From: Elusimicrobiota bacterium
Lineage (GTDB): Bacteria; CG03; SLGR01; JBDRKX01
DNA: 46,114 bases
Assembly (NCBI GenBank): GCA_043813605.1
Contig: JBDRKX010000013.1
Span: 1 to 46,114, forward strand
Direction: 5' to 3'
Shown here: positions 11,401 through 26,400 of the stretch, piece after piece
How the letters are laid out: every line of letters starts with the position of its first letter
How positions within the stretch are numbered: the first letter of the stretch is position 1
Notes under the pieces: generated by a model
The model's database searches: none
What the model was told of the DNA's origin: nothing
What the model saw: only the letters and a program-made list of their open reading frames with translations
Program-made: the position numbers and the translations under genes

Positions 11401-14400
11401 CTGCAGCAATTGAATCAGCTAAGAAAGAGCAGGATGAAGTGTTGAACGGTATCCTGCGGGATGCGCATAAATCATTGAAAAAGGGGAGAAAACCTGTAGC
11501 GGTATTTGATATAGACTATACGCTTATTGACAACAGGGATAAAGCAAGAAAAATACTGGAAAAATTCATTGACGTCAATGAAAAGAAGTTCCCGGCACTC
11601 AAAGGTATCCTTGAAATGTGGGATAATATTCCTGCTGTTTACGGTATAGAGAATATGCTGGAATTTGCAGGTATTGCAGATCCCGTACTCGCATCAGAGT
11701 TGGCAACCTTTTACGGCAGGGAGTTTTATTCAAGGGAATTCCTTGAATACAGCATAGCTGTAAAAGGCGCAAAGGAATACATAGAATATCTGAGGGAATT
11801 GGGAATAAAAATCGTATATCTGACTGCGCGTGTTGCCGAGAACGAGGATATAACCAGGGATACTCTGAAAATATGCGGATTCCCTGTAGATGATAATACC
11901 GTACTGAAAATGAGGCCCGGTTACGACCATGATATTGCCGAGTTTAAAAAGAGTGTATTAGAAGGACTGGAGGAAGATGTAATCGCTGTATTTGAAGACC
12001 AGATAGCGACATTAAATGCGCTTAAACAGGCGTTTCCCGGAATAAAGGCGGTATTCGTAGATACCATCTATACTCCGAATTCACCTTATCACAAGGACGG
12101 AATATACAGGATAAAAGATTTCTCCGGCCGCAGTTGGAAGTCTTCGGAACTTGAAGCCCTGAAATATGCCAAAGAAAAAAATATCGATTTTTCCAGGACG
12201 GCAGGAGTGAAAATAAAATTCGGGACTTCCGGATGGAGAGGAAAGATAGGCCATGATTTTGTACCGGAAAACATAAAAAGAGCCGTGCAGGGCATTGCCG
12301 AGTATTACAAGGAGCATATAGGGAAAGGCGAAATACTTATTGGCTATGATCCGAGAAAGGATAACCGGAAGAATGCAAGACAAGCAGCTTCTATACTTGC
12401 GGCTAACGGTATACCGGTAAAGATAGTCGAAAACGGGCCTGCCCCGTCCATGGTCCTCGGGTATATGGCAAATAAGAATAACGATATAAGCGGTATAATA
12501 AGTTTTACGGCAAGTCATAACAGGTATACTGATAACGGGCTGAGGTTCTCACCATATCACGGCGGGATCGCAGATGAAAAGACAACCGACCTTATATCCG
12601 AATACGCCAATAAAGTAAAAAAGTATTCTGTAATTGATTACGCTGCTGCTGTCAGTGCCGGGTATATCAAAAAACTTGATACTGAAGAAGCTGCTGATAG
12701 ATATGTTCACGGACATATAATACCCGGTTTGAAAAAAATGGGTGCCTGGGAGAGCATAAAAAATCACATAAAAAAGAACCCTGAGTTCATGCTGATACTG
12801 GATCCCATGCAGGGTTCGGCGTATACATACATGAAAGCTCTTTATGCAGTTCTTGAACTTGAGTCCGGGAGAAAATTCGTCCGCATAATACATTCAGACA
12901 ATTCGGATCCTGAATTCAGCCAGGTCAACGGTGTTCCTAACCCGCTCGGAGTAGGAGGTACAAGGGAAATACGCAAGATAGTGTCTGAATCAGTGAATGC
13001 CATGGGTATCCTTAGTGACGGAGACGGGGACAGGTTCGCATGCGTAGCTTCAAACGGCAAACTTTTAAGTTCCAACAGTATGCTCGGTATGCTTACGTAT
13101 TTTCTCTATAACCGGGGTGAACGGGGAGATATAATACAGTCCATAGCAACGAGCGGATTTGCTCCGGCTGTCGCCGATTATCTTGGTATAAAAGTCCATG
13201 AGGTGCCGGTAGGATTTAAATGGATCGTGGAAAAGATAGTGAAGGAAAAGGTCGATATACTTGTGGCGGGTGAAGAAAGCGCCCATGCGATGACCGGTGA
13301 GTTCAGTGCATCGTGGGATGACGGGATAGTAATGGGGCTCATGGGCCTGTGGATAGTAGCAGAAACGGGGATGGATCTTAGCGAGTATAGAGATTTTGTA
13401 GAGGACAAGATAGGAAGGAAATTCCATTATTCGCGGGCAAACCTGGAATTGAACAGTGAACTCAGGGAGAAAGCGGTACAGCTTGTAGATGATGTGAAAA
13501 CAAACGGGCCGTCCGTTATCGAAGAAAAGATGGAATTGTTCAGGGCCGGCCGCGCAATAGAAAAGATCACTACCGGTGACGGTATAAAGGTCTATTTTGC
13601 TGACGCTAGCTGGCTGCTTATCAGGCTGTCCGGAACGGAAAATTTTGCAAGGCTTTATGCAGAGTCCGGGGATCCGGCAAGGACGAAAGAACTGATCGGA
13701 TTGGGGAAGAGCCTGCTGGGTGTTGTAGAAAAAGAATATATCCAGGCGGGATTACAGAGGTATGATGAAGGTACATCTCTGTTCCTTGATCAGGCCGAGA
13801 TAGTTGAAACTGTGAACCTTTCGGATGACAGTGAAAAAACTGCTGTTATCAGGAGCGCAATAGCCGATATAAGGACCATAACCGGGGATTACCCCGAATA
13901 CGAAGAAGCCGTAAAAACAATAGAAGACGCTCTTATACTCAAGGACGCGAACATTGTCTTCTTTAAACCTGCCCGGACGGAAAAATATCTCAATGCTTTT
14001 GACCTCTACAGGGTATTTGAGGTCGATCCGGTAAACAATTCGATATGGATAAACATCGATTTTTGGGAAAATGCTATTCATCGGAAGGGATATTACGAAG
14101 ATAAAATAAGGAAGATGAACCTGAGGATAATAGCGCTTTTATCAGGAGCTGTTAAGCAGATAGAATCTTATAATACCAATGCCGGTAATTTTCAGTATAA
14201 CGTGCTGAAGATAAAGATGAATATAGCATCCGATAAGTTCGTTACCGAGGTATTCGGAGATGTAATGACAAAGGCGCTGGCGGAATTTATCACTACCATA
14301 TCTATTGATAAGATCGAACTTCTGGAAAATATTATAAAAGAACGGAGCCCGCCGCTGATCGTCAGGTTGATAATACTGATGAAAGACACTTTCCTTGCTG

Positions 14401-17400
14401 AACGCGCTTTTCTTTTCCTCGATTGGATAAACAGAAAGTTTCTCACCAAGTTCAGTTCAAACATATTCCTGAAGAACCTGGGCCAGCTCCGGGAGATGCT
14501 TTACAAAAAAGAATATGACCGTAAGAAGATCAAAAGAATAATAAAGAACCAGGAAAGGTTCATACTTGCCATGATCATATCTTTGTATCTCAGGAGCATA
14601 AGCAGCAGCGGCAAGGTGGATTATACATTCGGTTATACGGGAGCGGTGCAGAAACTGATACTTGACCATGTCGATCTTGTCGGTTTGAGCGAGATGCTCC
14701 ACCTGGTACAGGATCTTCATAAAAGAGACCTTTTTGAAGATGAAAGCGAGCAGTTGAAACTGAAAGTGGCGTTTTACCGGGGTAAGTTTACCGAAGTAAG
14801 GAATGAATATATCCCGGACAAGATAGACGATACTTCCAGTCAGGAGTTCTATCTTGACAAAGCCAAGTGGGGGATACTCAAGAATAATTCACCGGATACA
14901 CGCTACGGCGAACACCCGGCGAAAGGTTTTTATACGGGTCTTGAGGAAAAACTGCTAAAGGGAAAAGATGTCTATCATGTCATATGGGCGGCCGGCGGCG
15001 GCGCGGATACACTTTCGGCTCTGCGAAGATATATGGAACTCAGCGAATTCTATGATAATTTTAAGAAGCGCCATCCCGGGACAGGGAAACTCGATATGAT
15101 AATACTGACTATAGGGGAAAAACGCATAGGTTTTACAGAGCCGGAGAAAGGGTTCTATGAATGGGCATCTCAGCAGAACCCTCTTTACCTTCAGGATAAA
15201 GAGGATCCCGGTCTCTATCACAGGCGTGACAGTCTGTCTATTACGGCAGACATGCTTGAAGGAAAAGAAGATGTGGCCGGAGTAGATACTATCTTTAAAC
15301 TCACGCCTCAGTCGCGCGTAAAAGGTGCGGGGAGAAAACTGGATGAAGGATATATGCTCCATGAGATGAAAAAACGCGGTATTGATGTCCCGATTTATAT
15401 GGTGACAATGGAGACCAGTGCCGGTAACTGCGCTGCGGATCTGGAAAAATTCATAGATGGAATATCAGGAAAAGCCGATATTTCCATGGAAATATATGAA
15501 CACGGCGGTGATTCTGTTGCCGGTATGCATGCCGGTCACCGGGATACGATCGTGTCGCCGGTCAACGAGAAATATTCTCTTCTTGTAGCGGCGCAGTTGA
15601 AGAATAAAATGCCTGATCTTGATGTGTGGTTCACACTTGCCGGTCTCGGCAACGATTTTGAATCGTATTTCAAATGGCTGAATGAGGTCATAAGGCTGCT
15701 TTTGAGGAGTTCTGTTTCAGAGATAATAACGCCCTGGCATGCCGCGTCAAGGAAGGCCGCTTCCAAAGCGCTGCAGCTTTCGGGAAAAGTGGAATCATAT
15801 GCAAATAAGCGGGGATTACGCCAGCTTGCGGGAAGCAGTATCTCCAATATGATATATAAAGTTATATCAGTGCCTGTCGTAGGCCGTATACTGGCAATGC
15901 CGTTTATTACCGCCTCTATTATCAAACTGAACATATTTAAGGTGTTCTTCAAGTACCTGAAAGAAGGTTCGGCATTGAAGCGGAGCGATCTTCATAAGGG
16001 AGTCTTTTTCTCGTCAAAGGGAGAGATATCCAAATTTACTTTCCTGATACCGTTCGATAATCTTGTACAGGGCCTTAACATCCGGGAAGAAAAAACAGTG
16101 AAATACCTCTCAAGAAAGAGATATTCCGGAAAAGAGGCGGATGAGATAGCAGAGAAGCTGATGGTCAATACCGATAATGCCGATCTGACAGTTCACGAGA
16201 TAGCTGCCTCCTATAAACTCATAGGGATAACCACTGAAGAGGGCCGCGGTATGAAGCTGGCAGATTTTCCGGAAACCATTACAGCTGATATAGATTATGC
16301 TGATACTTCGGGTTTTAAACACAGAAAACTGACAGAAGCTTTGCGCAATATATACGATAACATGAATGATGCAGCTGAAGCGGAAGGCATCAAACTTAAG
16401 GATATATTGCCGAAGATGAAAGTGATGCTGGCGGATTTTAAGGATAGGGCGCCGCCGGCGGGCGTCCGTGTGAATATGGCTGAAAAAATAATCAGTATTG
16501 ACAGCAACTTTTTTATCTCGGCTTCCGGGACCGAACTGTCGGCTGCCATTTTCAAGAGGATAATAAGTGCGTCCCATATAACTTCTCCGCCTGAGATCCG
16601 CGTAAAAAGAAAATACTTCTGGCCTGTAACGATCGTAATCTCGTCGCTTGCGGCACCATTATCTATTCTTTCCGGTATGGCTGCACCATTAGTATGGAGG
16701 CTGCTGGAACTGCAGCAGACATTCAATATAGAGAATATCAGGAACTGGATGCTTGAATACGGCACAAAAATAATATATGGTCCTATGCCCATAATAATCG
16801 AACCTGACCGGTATCCGATGCATTTTGGATTTTCGTTCATAGATATACCTGTTATTGCCGTTTTTACAACTGTTGCTGTTTTTCTCTGGAAAAGAGTAAC
16901 GGGACAGCGCAATATCGGATCCAGGAAAATATTCCTGTCGACAATAATAATGACAGGTGTGTATATGCTGTATTTCCCAGGTCAATTGATAAGTATGCTT
17001 GCCCTGAGTCTTATGTGGCTGCCGGTCTCCCTTGCCGTGGGCCTCGTGGTATCCATATACAAGCCTTTTGATATGCCGGATGATCTTATGAGCTTCTTAT
17101 CTAAACCCGGTGAAGCGATGCTTAAACCCGAGTTCACGGGTCCCGGAATACCTGAAAAATTCAAAGAGATGCTCGAAGAACATGATTATAAGGTAGTTAG
17201 TGAAGAGACATTTAACAGTATATTCGGTATTTTTGCAAACGAGTACAGCAAACCCGTGGTTATTGACGAAAAAGGAAAGATTTTCCTTGTTAAAAAAATA
17301 GAACCGGGCAAAGGATTGATGGGCCATCAGGATATGAACGTATGCAGCAGGGAACTGATGGCATATCTTATCGGGAAGGGGCTTGTAGATACTGCCGAAA

Positions 17401-20400
17401 TAAGGCCCATCATCAGGGATGAAGCCGAACATCTGGAAGGGATAGGTTCTACAGAGGAAGGTTTCTATCTCACCAGGTTTATGCCGGATTATGTTAAAGA
17501 GGATCTTGTTCACAGTAATCCTAAAAAGGCGAGGAGCGCGCTTCTTGTGTTTAATACGCTTATAGGAAAATGGGATCATCATCACGAAAACCAGACAATA
17601 GTATCCGGCGTGCCTGTCACTTTTGACAATGATGCGGCTTTTGATCCGAGTATATCGGTAGCGGAATTTATTCATAATTACAGCCTGAATTTAAAAAAAG
17701 GCCGGACTCTACCCGGAATATTAGGAACAGGACAGGTACCGGAATTAAGCAGCCGTAAATACGACAAGCGTGAAATACAAAGGGCAATAGAGCAGTTCAA
17801 ACTCCTCAAGAAAGATCTGAAAATGTTAGCTGAACTGAGCGGATTCAGCGCCTCGGAATCTGAGGCGGTTGTAAGTTTTCTAAACAACAGACTGGAGAAC
17901 CTTGAGTACTATGTATCACTTACCTATGAGGCTGTTACGGGCCGTGACTTCTACAGGAAAAAGTCTCCTCTCAGGTATATAACAGAAAATTTTGGCAGCA
18001 GAATAGAATATATCGAGACCCTGGAATCTCTTAAGAGACTCATAAGAGACGGGCATATAAAGAAGAAGATTATAGGTGAACTGTTCGAGGTTTCGGGCGA
18101 CAATGAAGAAACAGCCTATCTCATCTCAGTTATCGACAGCCTGTTTAATTCAGGAAAGATAAAGAAGAGGGATCTCAGGACTATCCTGAAGATAGCCGGT
18201 AAAGCCGGTTCAAGTGAGATGGAGGTGTTAAGGGGACTCAGGATAGCGATTATGAGAGGGACCGGCGGTTTTACGCGCCGTACCCTTAAATATCTTGAAA
18301 AGGAACTTTTAACTGACAGGAGTATTGAAACCGCTTTCAGCAGGGCAGTTGAAAAATACCGTGAAGCTGTTGTCCGCATGAATAGTAATATTGTTAAAAC
18401 TGTGCTTGCTGCAGGATTGGTTTCAATTGTGTTTTATCTGCTTTATAACAACGGTTTTCTCGGTACAGTTTCCGAATTCTATATTGAGGCCAGAGAGGAG
18501 CACAGGATCACTGCGCTTAATGTCCCGATTGTAGACATAGTAACCGGAGGTGTACTAATGGGACTAGCCGATTTCTTCGGACAGAAGGTCAACAAAAGAG
18601 GCAGGTTCAGGTACTGGGAGGGTATCGCTGCTGTTGTGGTTGGTGCTGTCGAAGGATTCTTTTTTAGCGCTTTCTCAATGCTGAAAATATCCGGTCTTAT
18701 GTACGGACTGCTCATCGGCATAATCGACAGGTTCATCGACCTGGGATATTTTATAAGCAAGGCGTTTATTATGAGTGCTACAAATAAACAGGATAATAGG
18801 TATTCATATTTCAGGCAGTTCATGAAATGGCTTGAATCAGGAGTTCTTATAACTCCCATATACCTGCTGTTAGGGCCGTTTTCGCAGCTCTTTCCCACTA
18901 CACAGGTTCTTATCATTGAAGTGCTGGATAATTGCATTGATTTTATTACCGGGTACATAGCAAACAGGAAAAGAAGCTTATGGACCCTGATAAAGGAAAA
19001 GAATATGCCGGTAAAATATCTGCCGGAGGTAAGGGAAACCCTTGATCTTGAGAGCATACTTCCCTGGGCTAATGTTACTGCGGAGAATGTGTATGAGAAA
19101 GTATTTTCAGGAAGGCACTTTAATCAAGAGGAGACGGACCAGTTTGATAGATTCAGGAAGCTCCTCGAGCCGACTCCTCGTCTTCCATCGAACGCGGCAA
19201 TAGAATACCTGGATTCAATAGCGGATCTGAAGAAGATGCTTAAAGACAGCCCTGAATTCAGGGAATACTGGCCGGGCCTCTGCTATGACGCTTCTTACCA
19301 TATAATGAGGATACTCAGGGAAAACGGGTTCAGCGGCAGATTTATAAGGAGGGTATGCGAAGGAAGAAGGACGCCTGAGAACTATGTAGAGACCGATATA
19401 GCCGGCCGGACCTATATAATCACGCTGACACAGGAAGGGTACCTGAAAAAAACGGATGCAGGCACTGATCTCGGGATAGTGATGTTTCCAAAATCAGAGA
19501 TCGATCCGGAAAAATTCCCGTGGCTTGCTGATGATTCTTCGTATGCTGAGCGGTTCAGCTACAGGTTCTCGCCGGAAAGTATGTCGGATCTTGTTTTGCG
19601 GGACAAAGAGATGAACCCGATCCTGAAAGTGAACAGGATAGGATTCGTTTCCGTAGAGCGCCAGGATAGTATCTGGAACGACATTAAGAGCCAGACGGAG
19701 ACCCGTACTATAGTCACCTTCAGCAGCGGCTTTTCTTTAACGGTCATAGAGGCTCCGGAAGAGATAAGGTACAGTATACGGACAAAAGATTTTAGCAATA
19801 TATTTGAGTCGGAAGATAAGAGATTAGTCAATATAATCAATGCTCTTATTGACGATAATTTCTCGGTCCGGAGTGAGGAGTACGGGAACATCGATCATTC
19901 CTATATTAAAGACACCATCGAGAGAAACATATCTTCACCGGAGTTGTTAAAGGAAATAATCAGATCTCTAGTGTCTATACCGGCTGTGAAGAGGCGCATC
20001 AATGCTTACAAATATGTTGATCTTGTAGAGAGACAGCCGGTTAAGGGAAAACTTCCTGCAAAGGAGGAACTTTCAGAGTATGAACAGAAAAAGCTGTTAA
20101 AAGATGAACTGCGTGTTATTGAAAAAGGGGACAGTCATTGGCCAAAACTGGATAGAGCGGCCTTTCTTATTTCAGAAAAAGAAGTCCCTATGCCGGAAGG
20201 AACTGATACCGTCAAGTTGAAAGAGATACTGCGCCGCATTAAAATAGCCCTCATTTCGTCAGGTCAAAGAGCGCCTCCCCGTTTCAGTTCGGGTCTTATC
20301 AGGAATAAGAAGACCATATACATGGAAGAGACCTTTTTCGAAAACCTATCGGAAGAAGACCTGGCGTTATTACTCGTGCATTATGCATTCTCATTAAGTA

Positions 20401-23400
20401 CACCCCGTACATTAGCTGAAAGAATTAAAAAATATTTTACCGGACCTGAAACAGAAGATGCGTCAACTCCCGCAGTATCTGAGCCGGGTGTGAAGATACG
20501 CCTGCTGGCAAAAGGAATAACTACCGACAAACTGTTTGAATATTACGGTATAGATAAACCGGCGCCGCAGCTTGAAAAACTTGCGGCAGCGAACGGTTCA
20601 CTGGCAAATGCCAATATTGATTTTCATAGAGCTGCCGGAATATATGGAGCGCAGAAAGATGAATCTGTGATATGGAACGAATATCCGGGAGATACAAAGA
20701 ACTTCAACAAGCTGATTATGCAGGGCGTATTGAATGCGGCTCCCGGTATAAAGAAACGTCTGCTGGCGGAACTTGAAGTCGCGGCAGCTGAAAAGAAAAT
20801 AAAGAAAACAGCTGAAGAGATACTGAATATAGCTCAAAACGGGGATCTGTCCAAACTGACGATAAAGGAACGGGAAGCGTTCTATAAAGCAATACTTCTG
20901 AAAGCCAAAATATGGAGATACAAAAACAAGTATATGAATTTCTTCGAGTATATGACTGCGCTTGAAGTCTGCCAGAAAGGCTATTTCGGAGACATCAAAG
21001 TGAAGGATGTCGATCTTGAGATAAGGCGGAAATACGATCATTTGGGCGGATATATACTTGATTCCAGAAAAGTGATATTAAAAGACAGCCCAAGTCTCGG
21101 CCTCATTATGACACTTTTCAGCCATGAAGTGGGGCATCATTATTTCCTGCAGGAAGCTAACAGGCTGATACCTGAATACGAGAGGCTCCACGGCCGGGGA
21201 GCGCCTGAAATACCGTGGTCCATATCCGAGGGTATCTCATGTGATTTCGCGTTTGCGTTCATGATGAGACTTGCCGGATTCTATACGGATCCGGAAACTG
21301 GCATAGACCACGGGTTTGATTATTATGCTCACAGGGAATTTGTGCGTAATCTTATAGGCATGGATAAATACAGCAGGGGCCAGACATTTATAGCCGCACT
21401 GAGACAGTTTTTACCGGAAAACATATGGCAGAAATCGGTTGTACAGAACCTGTCTCTCATGATAAGAGGCCCGTCACCGCAGCCTGAAATCCACAGGGCG
21501 GTACTGGATCTTCTTGCCGGTGACATAATAAAAGGCAATTTCAAAAATTACGGCCGGGTTGATAAGAAAGACATTAAAGAACTCTACAGAAAAAGACTTA
21601 ATGACGAGGGTCTCCGTTCCATGCAGGAAATGGAGCTCGAGTATCAGTTAAAACTCTACGAACAGGCGAGAAAATACCGTAATAGCGGCGATTATATCGA
21701 TTCGCTGAAGACCTACAGAGAACTTATACGGTATAATCCGGATGAGGGTGTCTACTGGCACAATATGGCTGATGTGCTAAGACAGCTCGGCGAGAAAGAA
21801 GCAGCCGAAATCGCACAGGAGTTCAGCACCTATCCTCCGGGAAAGAAAAACCTTGAAAAGATAATGTCCCGGGTCGAGAGAAAGATCTCTTACGGGATGC
21901 TCGCTTTACTCGGTATTAAGGAAGCGCCTTATAAGGATGTCATCCCGGAGAAGTATCAGATTGATACATCCGAATATAAAGTCACCCCTGTTTTCAGTCC
22001 GGGGTTGCCTGATACGCATAAAGCTGTTCTTGAATTCATAGAGTCCGGAAAACCTGACTGGGATACAATAGGGCTCTATCTCAAAAGTAATGATCCTGTT
22101 CTTATACTGGGTGCGCTCTATGCTATTGAAAAGTCACAGGTACCTGTACCGGCAGAACTTTTTGAAGCTGTAAAAACACATACCGGGCATAAAGTATATA
22201 CGATCAAACAGGCAGCCCTCTATGCTGTATCAAGGTTCGGAGACCCGGCGCGCTCTTTTCTTGAAAACGCGTCAAATATAAATTACATGACTGCTGCCGA
22301 ACTGCGGTTGAAGCTCATGACCGAAAATATGACCGAAAGTGAGAAAGTAGCACTGTTCCGCAAACTGGAAGAGACAAAAAAACCGGTTGATCTGGCAAAC
22401 TATACGGTACCGGTATCCGATTACATACTCAAAGCAGACAGGGAAAGTTTTCTCGGTAAGGCGGCTGCAGCAGAGCTTGCAATAAGAACGATCGAACGCC
22501 TTCCGTCGGATACCGGTTCCGCATTGAATATCCTGAGCCGGCTGGTGAACCACGAATATGCTAATGTCCGGCTTGAAGCTGTACGCAGAATGGGGGAGAT
22601 GGATGAGTGGGTTCTTCCTTTGCTGGAAAAACTTATTAACGATAAAAAAGATACATTTGTACAGGAAACAGCGGCAGAGTCATGGGTCAGGAGCAAGATC
22701 CGCGGCCTTTCCGATAAAGAAGCTCTTTTATTCCTTGAAAATTTTGATCCCGGTGACAATTATTATCTGAAAAAAGCTGCAGGACATCTAAAGTTCAGGT
22801 TCCAGAGTACCGGTAATTCGGAATTTCTCAAGACGCTTGCTCCCTGGCACGCGACACCTTATGCTGATGAGCTTCAAAAACGCATAGAGGCTCTTGAAAA
22901 AATCTCAGCCATACTGGCGGAAGAATTTAAGAATAAATTTACCGGTATTATAGTAGTAGGAAGTACGGGCAAGGGATATGTTACGCCCCTTAGTGATATA
23001 GATTACGCTGTACTTGCAAAAGACAGCCGGGTAGAAGACCGGTTCAGGGAACTTGTTTCTGAAAAAGATATCAAGCTCTGTTTTAAGAGAGATATAAAAA
23101 AGAAACCTGCTATGTTGTTTCAGGGACTTTATTTCGGTAACAGGGAAGAGCTTCTTAAAACACAGAAGAGCGTACTCATACAGTACAGGAACCCGGATAA
23201 ATGGAATACCCTGAGAACCGAAATACTTGAGGAACAGAGCGACCTTATTAAATTCTTCCAGCGGTTCGGAATACCTGAGGAACAGAAGAGAGAGTATAAG
23301 GTCTATTCGGCGCTGCTTCATGTCCCCGGTCCGTATTCACATGTAAATGAATATCTTTCAAAAAGTCTTGCAGACGCAAGTGTAGAAAGAGTAATAGAAA

Positions 23401-26400
23401 AAATGGAATATACTGAACCTCCGGCAATGAATTTTAATCTGCCCGGACAGCTCAAGATAAACGGTAAAGAAGCCGAATGGCTCGGCGGCGGGATAGACCA
23501 TGATGTGTTCAGCCATCCTGTGAAATCCGAAGTCGTGCGTGTAGACAGGACTGACGGAAAAGATCCCGAAGAAGAAGCGGCTAAATTCACTATGCTTAAT
23601 GAAGCGGGTGTCGGCCCGGCTGTGACCGGTACGGGTATGCTGGGAGAATATGCATATATTAAGACCGAGAGGGTAGAAACCGGAATGCCGGGTGAATCAC
23701 TCGCCGATATACTCGATTCCAGGATACTTGAAGAGTCCGAGATAGAACTCGTAATGGAACTGCTTAAAAAACTTATGGCTGAACAGATAAATGTAAGGGA
23801 TTTTAAGACCCAGAATATCATGATAGGCAGTATAGGAGACAGCAGTAAGAAGGCTTATGTGATAGATGCGACATATGCCGAAAAAATACCCGAAGGCCAG
23901 ACTCCCGCAAACCTCGCGATGAAATACAGATCACGCCTCTATACCCGGGGTTATGACTGGCCTTTGCCTGACAGAAAGAACGGCGCGCTGAGAAGGAGGG
24001 TCGAGAAATACTGTAAAGATATTATCGCTTCGGAGATAATCCCCGAGCGTGTTAAAGAAAAAGCAAAAGCGCGCAACTATAGGCTGATGGAAAAGATGGA
24101 AGTCAAAAAGAAACTCGGTATCAGAGCCAATCCTGAGGGTTACCCGGTACTTTTTGATAAAGATGATAAGAGTATTTTTATTGTCAAAAAGATCAACAAA
24201 AAAGAAAAGCTCGGTTATCACGAGTATAAGAACGATCACAGGAGAGAGATGCTCGCATACCTGTTAGGAAAAGGCATAGTCGATACTGTGGAGATAAGGA
24301 CAATAAGCAAAATAGAAGCCCGGGGTATCGGAGGTGTCGGAAGTACCGAAGAAGGTTATTATCTCACAAAGATGGCTCAGGATTATGAGCCTGACGATCT
24401 TGTATACGATGATGTCAGAAAATCCAGGAGCGCGCTCCATGTATTCAATACGCTCATAGGTAAATGGGACCATCATCCGAGCAATATTGAGAAAGTACTG
24501 GATATGCCTGTAATATTCGACAATGATGTGGCTTTTGATGACGGAATGATAATGACCGAGTTTATGGATACGTACAGGATTAATATTGAAAAAGCCTATT
24601 TCCGTCAGTCCCGTGCTCCTGTAGACAATATTCCGGAATTAAGATATGACGGATACGATATAGATGAGATCCGGCGGGTGATAGCTGTATACAAGTCGAT
24701 GAGAAACAGGTTCCCGGAACTTGTCAGGCAGGCCGGATACACCGGTTCCGATGCGGACAGGGTAATAAATTACCTGGATAACAGGCTAAACAAACTCGAA
24801 AAATATTCAGAATGGGTTTTCGAGGCTGTTACAGGTGTGGATTTTTCCGGGAAACCCGCAGTAACAAGAGAACTCGTCGAGTCGTATAAGAACAGGCTGC
24901 AGAAGTATGAAACACTCAGAAATAACGAAGAAGCGCTTGAAAAAGTAATGCAGCTCTTCAAAGACGGATATATCGGGGAAGATGATCTGTTCCAGTTCTA
25001 TTTTATCTGTGACGGGAATATCAATACTTCCAAAACAGTTGCGATTATAGACAGTCTGCTGAGAAAAGGACTGATAGTAAGGAGCGATCTGGAAACTCTG
25101 GAAGTAATACTCGAGCATGACAGAGAAACAAAGTACAGTACTCTTTCAGAGATAGAAAAAGCGCTCCCAAAAGGTCAGATGTCATCATCCGGACTTGATC
25201 AATTATACGATGCCCTTGAAAAAGGTGTAGCTCCCGTAGAAACTTTAAAAAACATGTTTCCTGTTGCTGCTATTAAAAAAGAGAGTAAATTCACCGAAGT
25301 TTTCAATAGACTTTCTGAAGATAAAAGGGAAGCAGTTCTGGTTAGATTAAGGCAATTGAGCGATAATGGCGTTTTGGACAGAGAAATACTTTCGAGGATA
25401 GAATTGTTCTTTAATGGTGCAATAGAAAACGGCAGTATCAGCATGGCTAAAGCAATGGAGGCATTAGAAAAGGTAACTGAATACGAACAGGCGACAACGG
25501 GTTTCTTCAGGAAATCAGGTGTCTGGGAAAAACAACTCAGAGAATTTCTTCATGTAATAATCTCTGACAAAACAGAAAATCAGGAACTGACTCTGAATGT
25601 AAAAAGCATTGGAAGTTCCAGTGGAGAGGAAGCGTACTCAATAGCGTTCATAATAAAAGACGAACTTGAAAAATACTTTGAGGAGAACCGGGAGGAAATA
25701 AAACGGGATATGGGCACTGATAGTGCCGATAAATGGCTTGACATCTGGGATATCGGTATAGAGGGTTATGATGATTCACTTATGGCACTCTTTACTATGC
25801 AGGAGGGCAGATACTCTCTTATGGATGAGGAAGATATTTACGGGTATCCGGAGTACGGTTATGCTGAACGCGCAGAGCTGCATGATAAAACCCTTTGGGA
25901 GAATTCAGGCGGCAAATTCACTAATAGACCGTATTTGCCGCACAGGATAAGGAGGTTTGTGCGAGACTGGATTATACCGAGATACATCGACCTGGTAGAT
26001 GAGAATGCGATTGATATGATAGCAGATAGTTCCGCAGATATTGTTACTTTCATGAATGTCGGCATATATCTTGACATTGTAAAAAAATCAAGAGGCGATG
26101 ATCTTGGCACCGAGTTAAAAGAACGTGTGTTCAGAAGCGGTTATAAAGGCCTGTTTATACATGATCTAGCGCGCGGTGTGAATGCGGATATAATAGAAAC
26201 CGAGGCTGAAGATGCTGCTAAAGAGGTGTCTTCACAAGACAGCCTGGAAAAGAAAAACAGTGCATTCAGAGAACCGGAATTTGAGGGTTATAAAACAGGA
26301 AGAACAGCTTATATCAGACCCGGCAGGATATTTGAAAAACCAGAGAAACGCAGTATCTGGCAATCGACCGAACCGAAAAGACTGAGAAACATAGATAGAT

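Noticed and set aside
22880..24850. MNT-HEPN or HipBA toxin-antitoxin modules
   Set aside because: No separate partner ORFs; the domains are embedded in the giant CDS
25490..26165. Chemotaxis locus
   Set aside because: Only an isolated CheR-like domain inside the polyprotein; no other che genes
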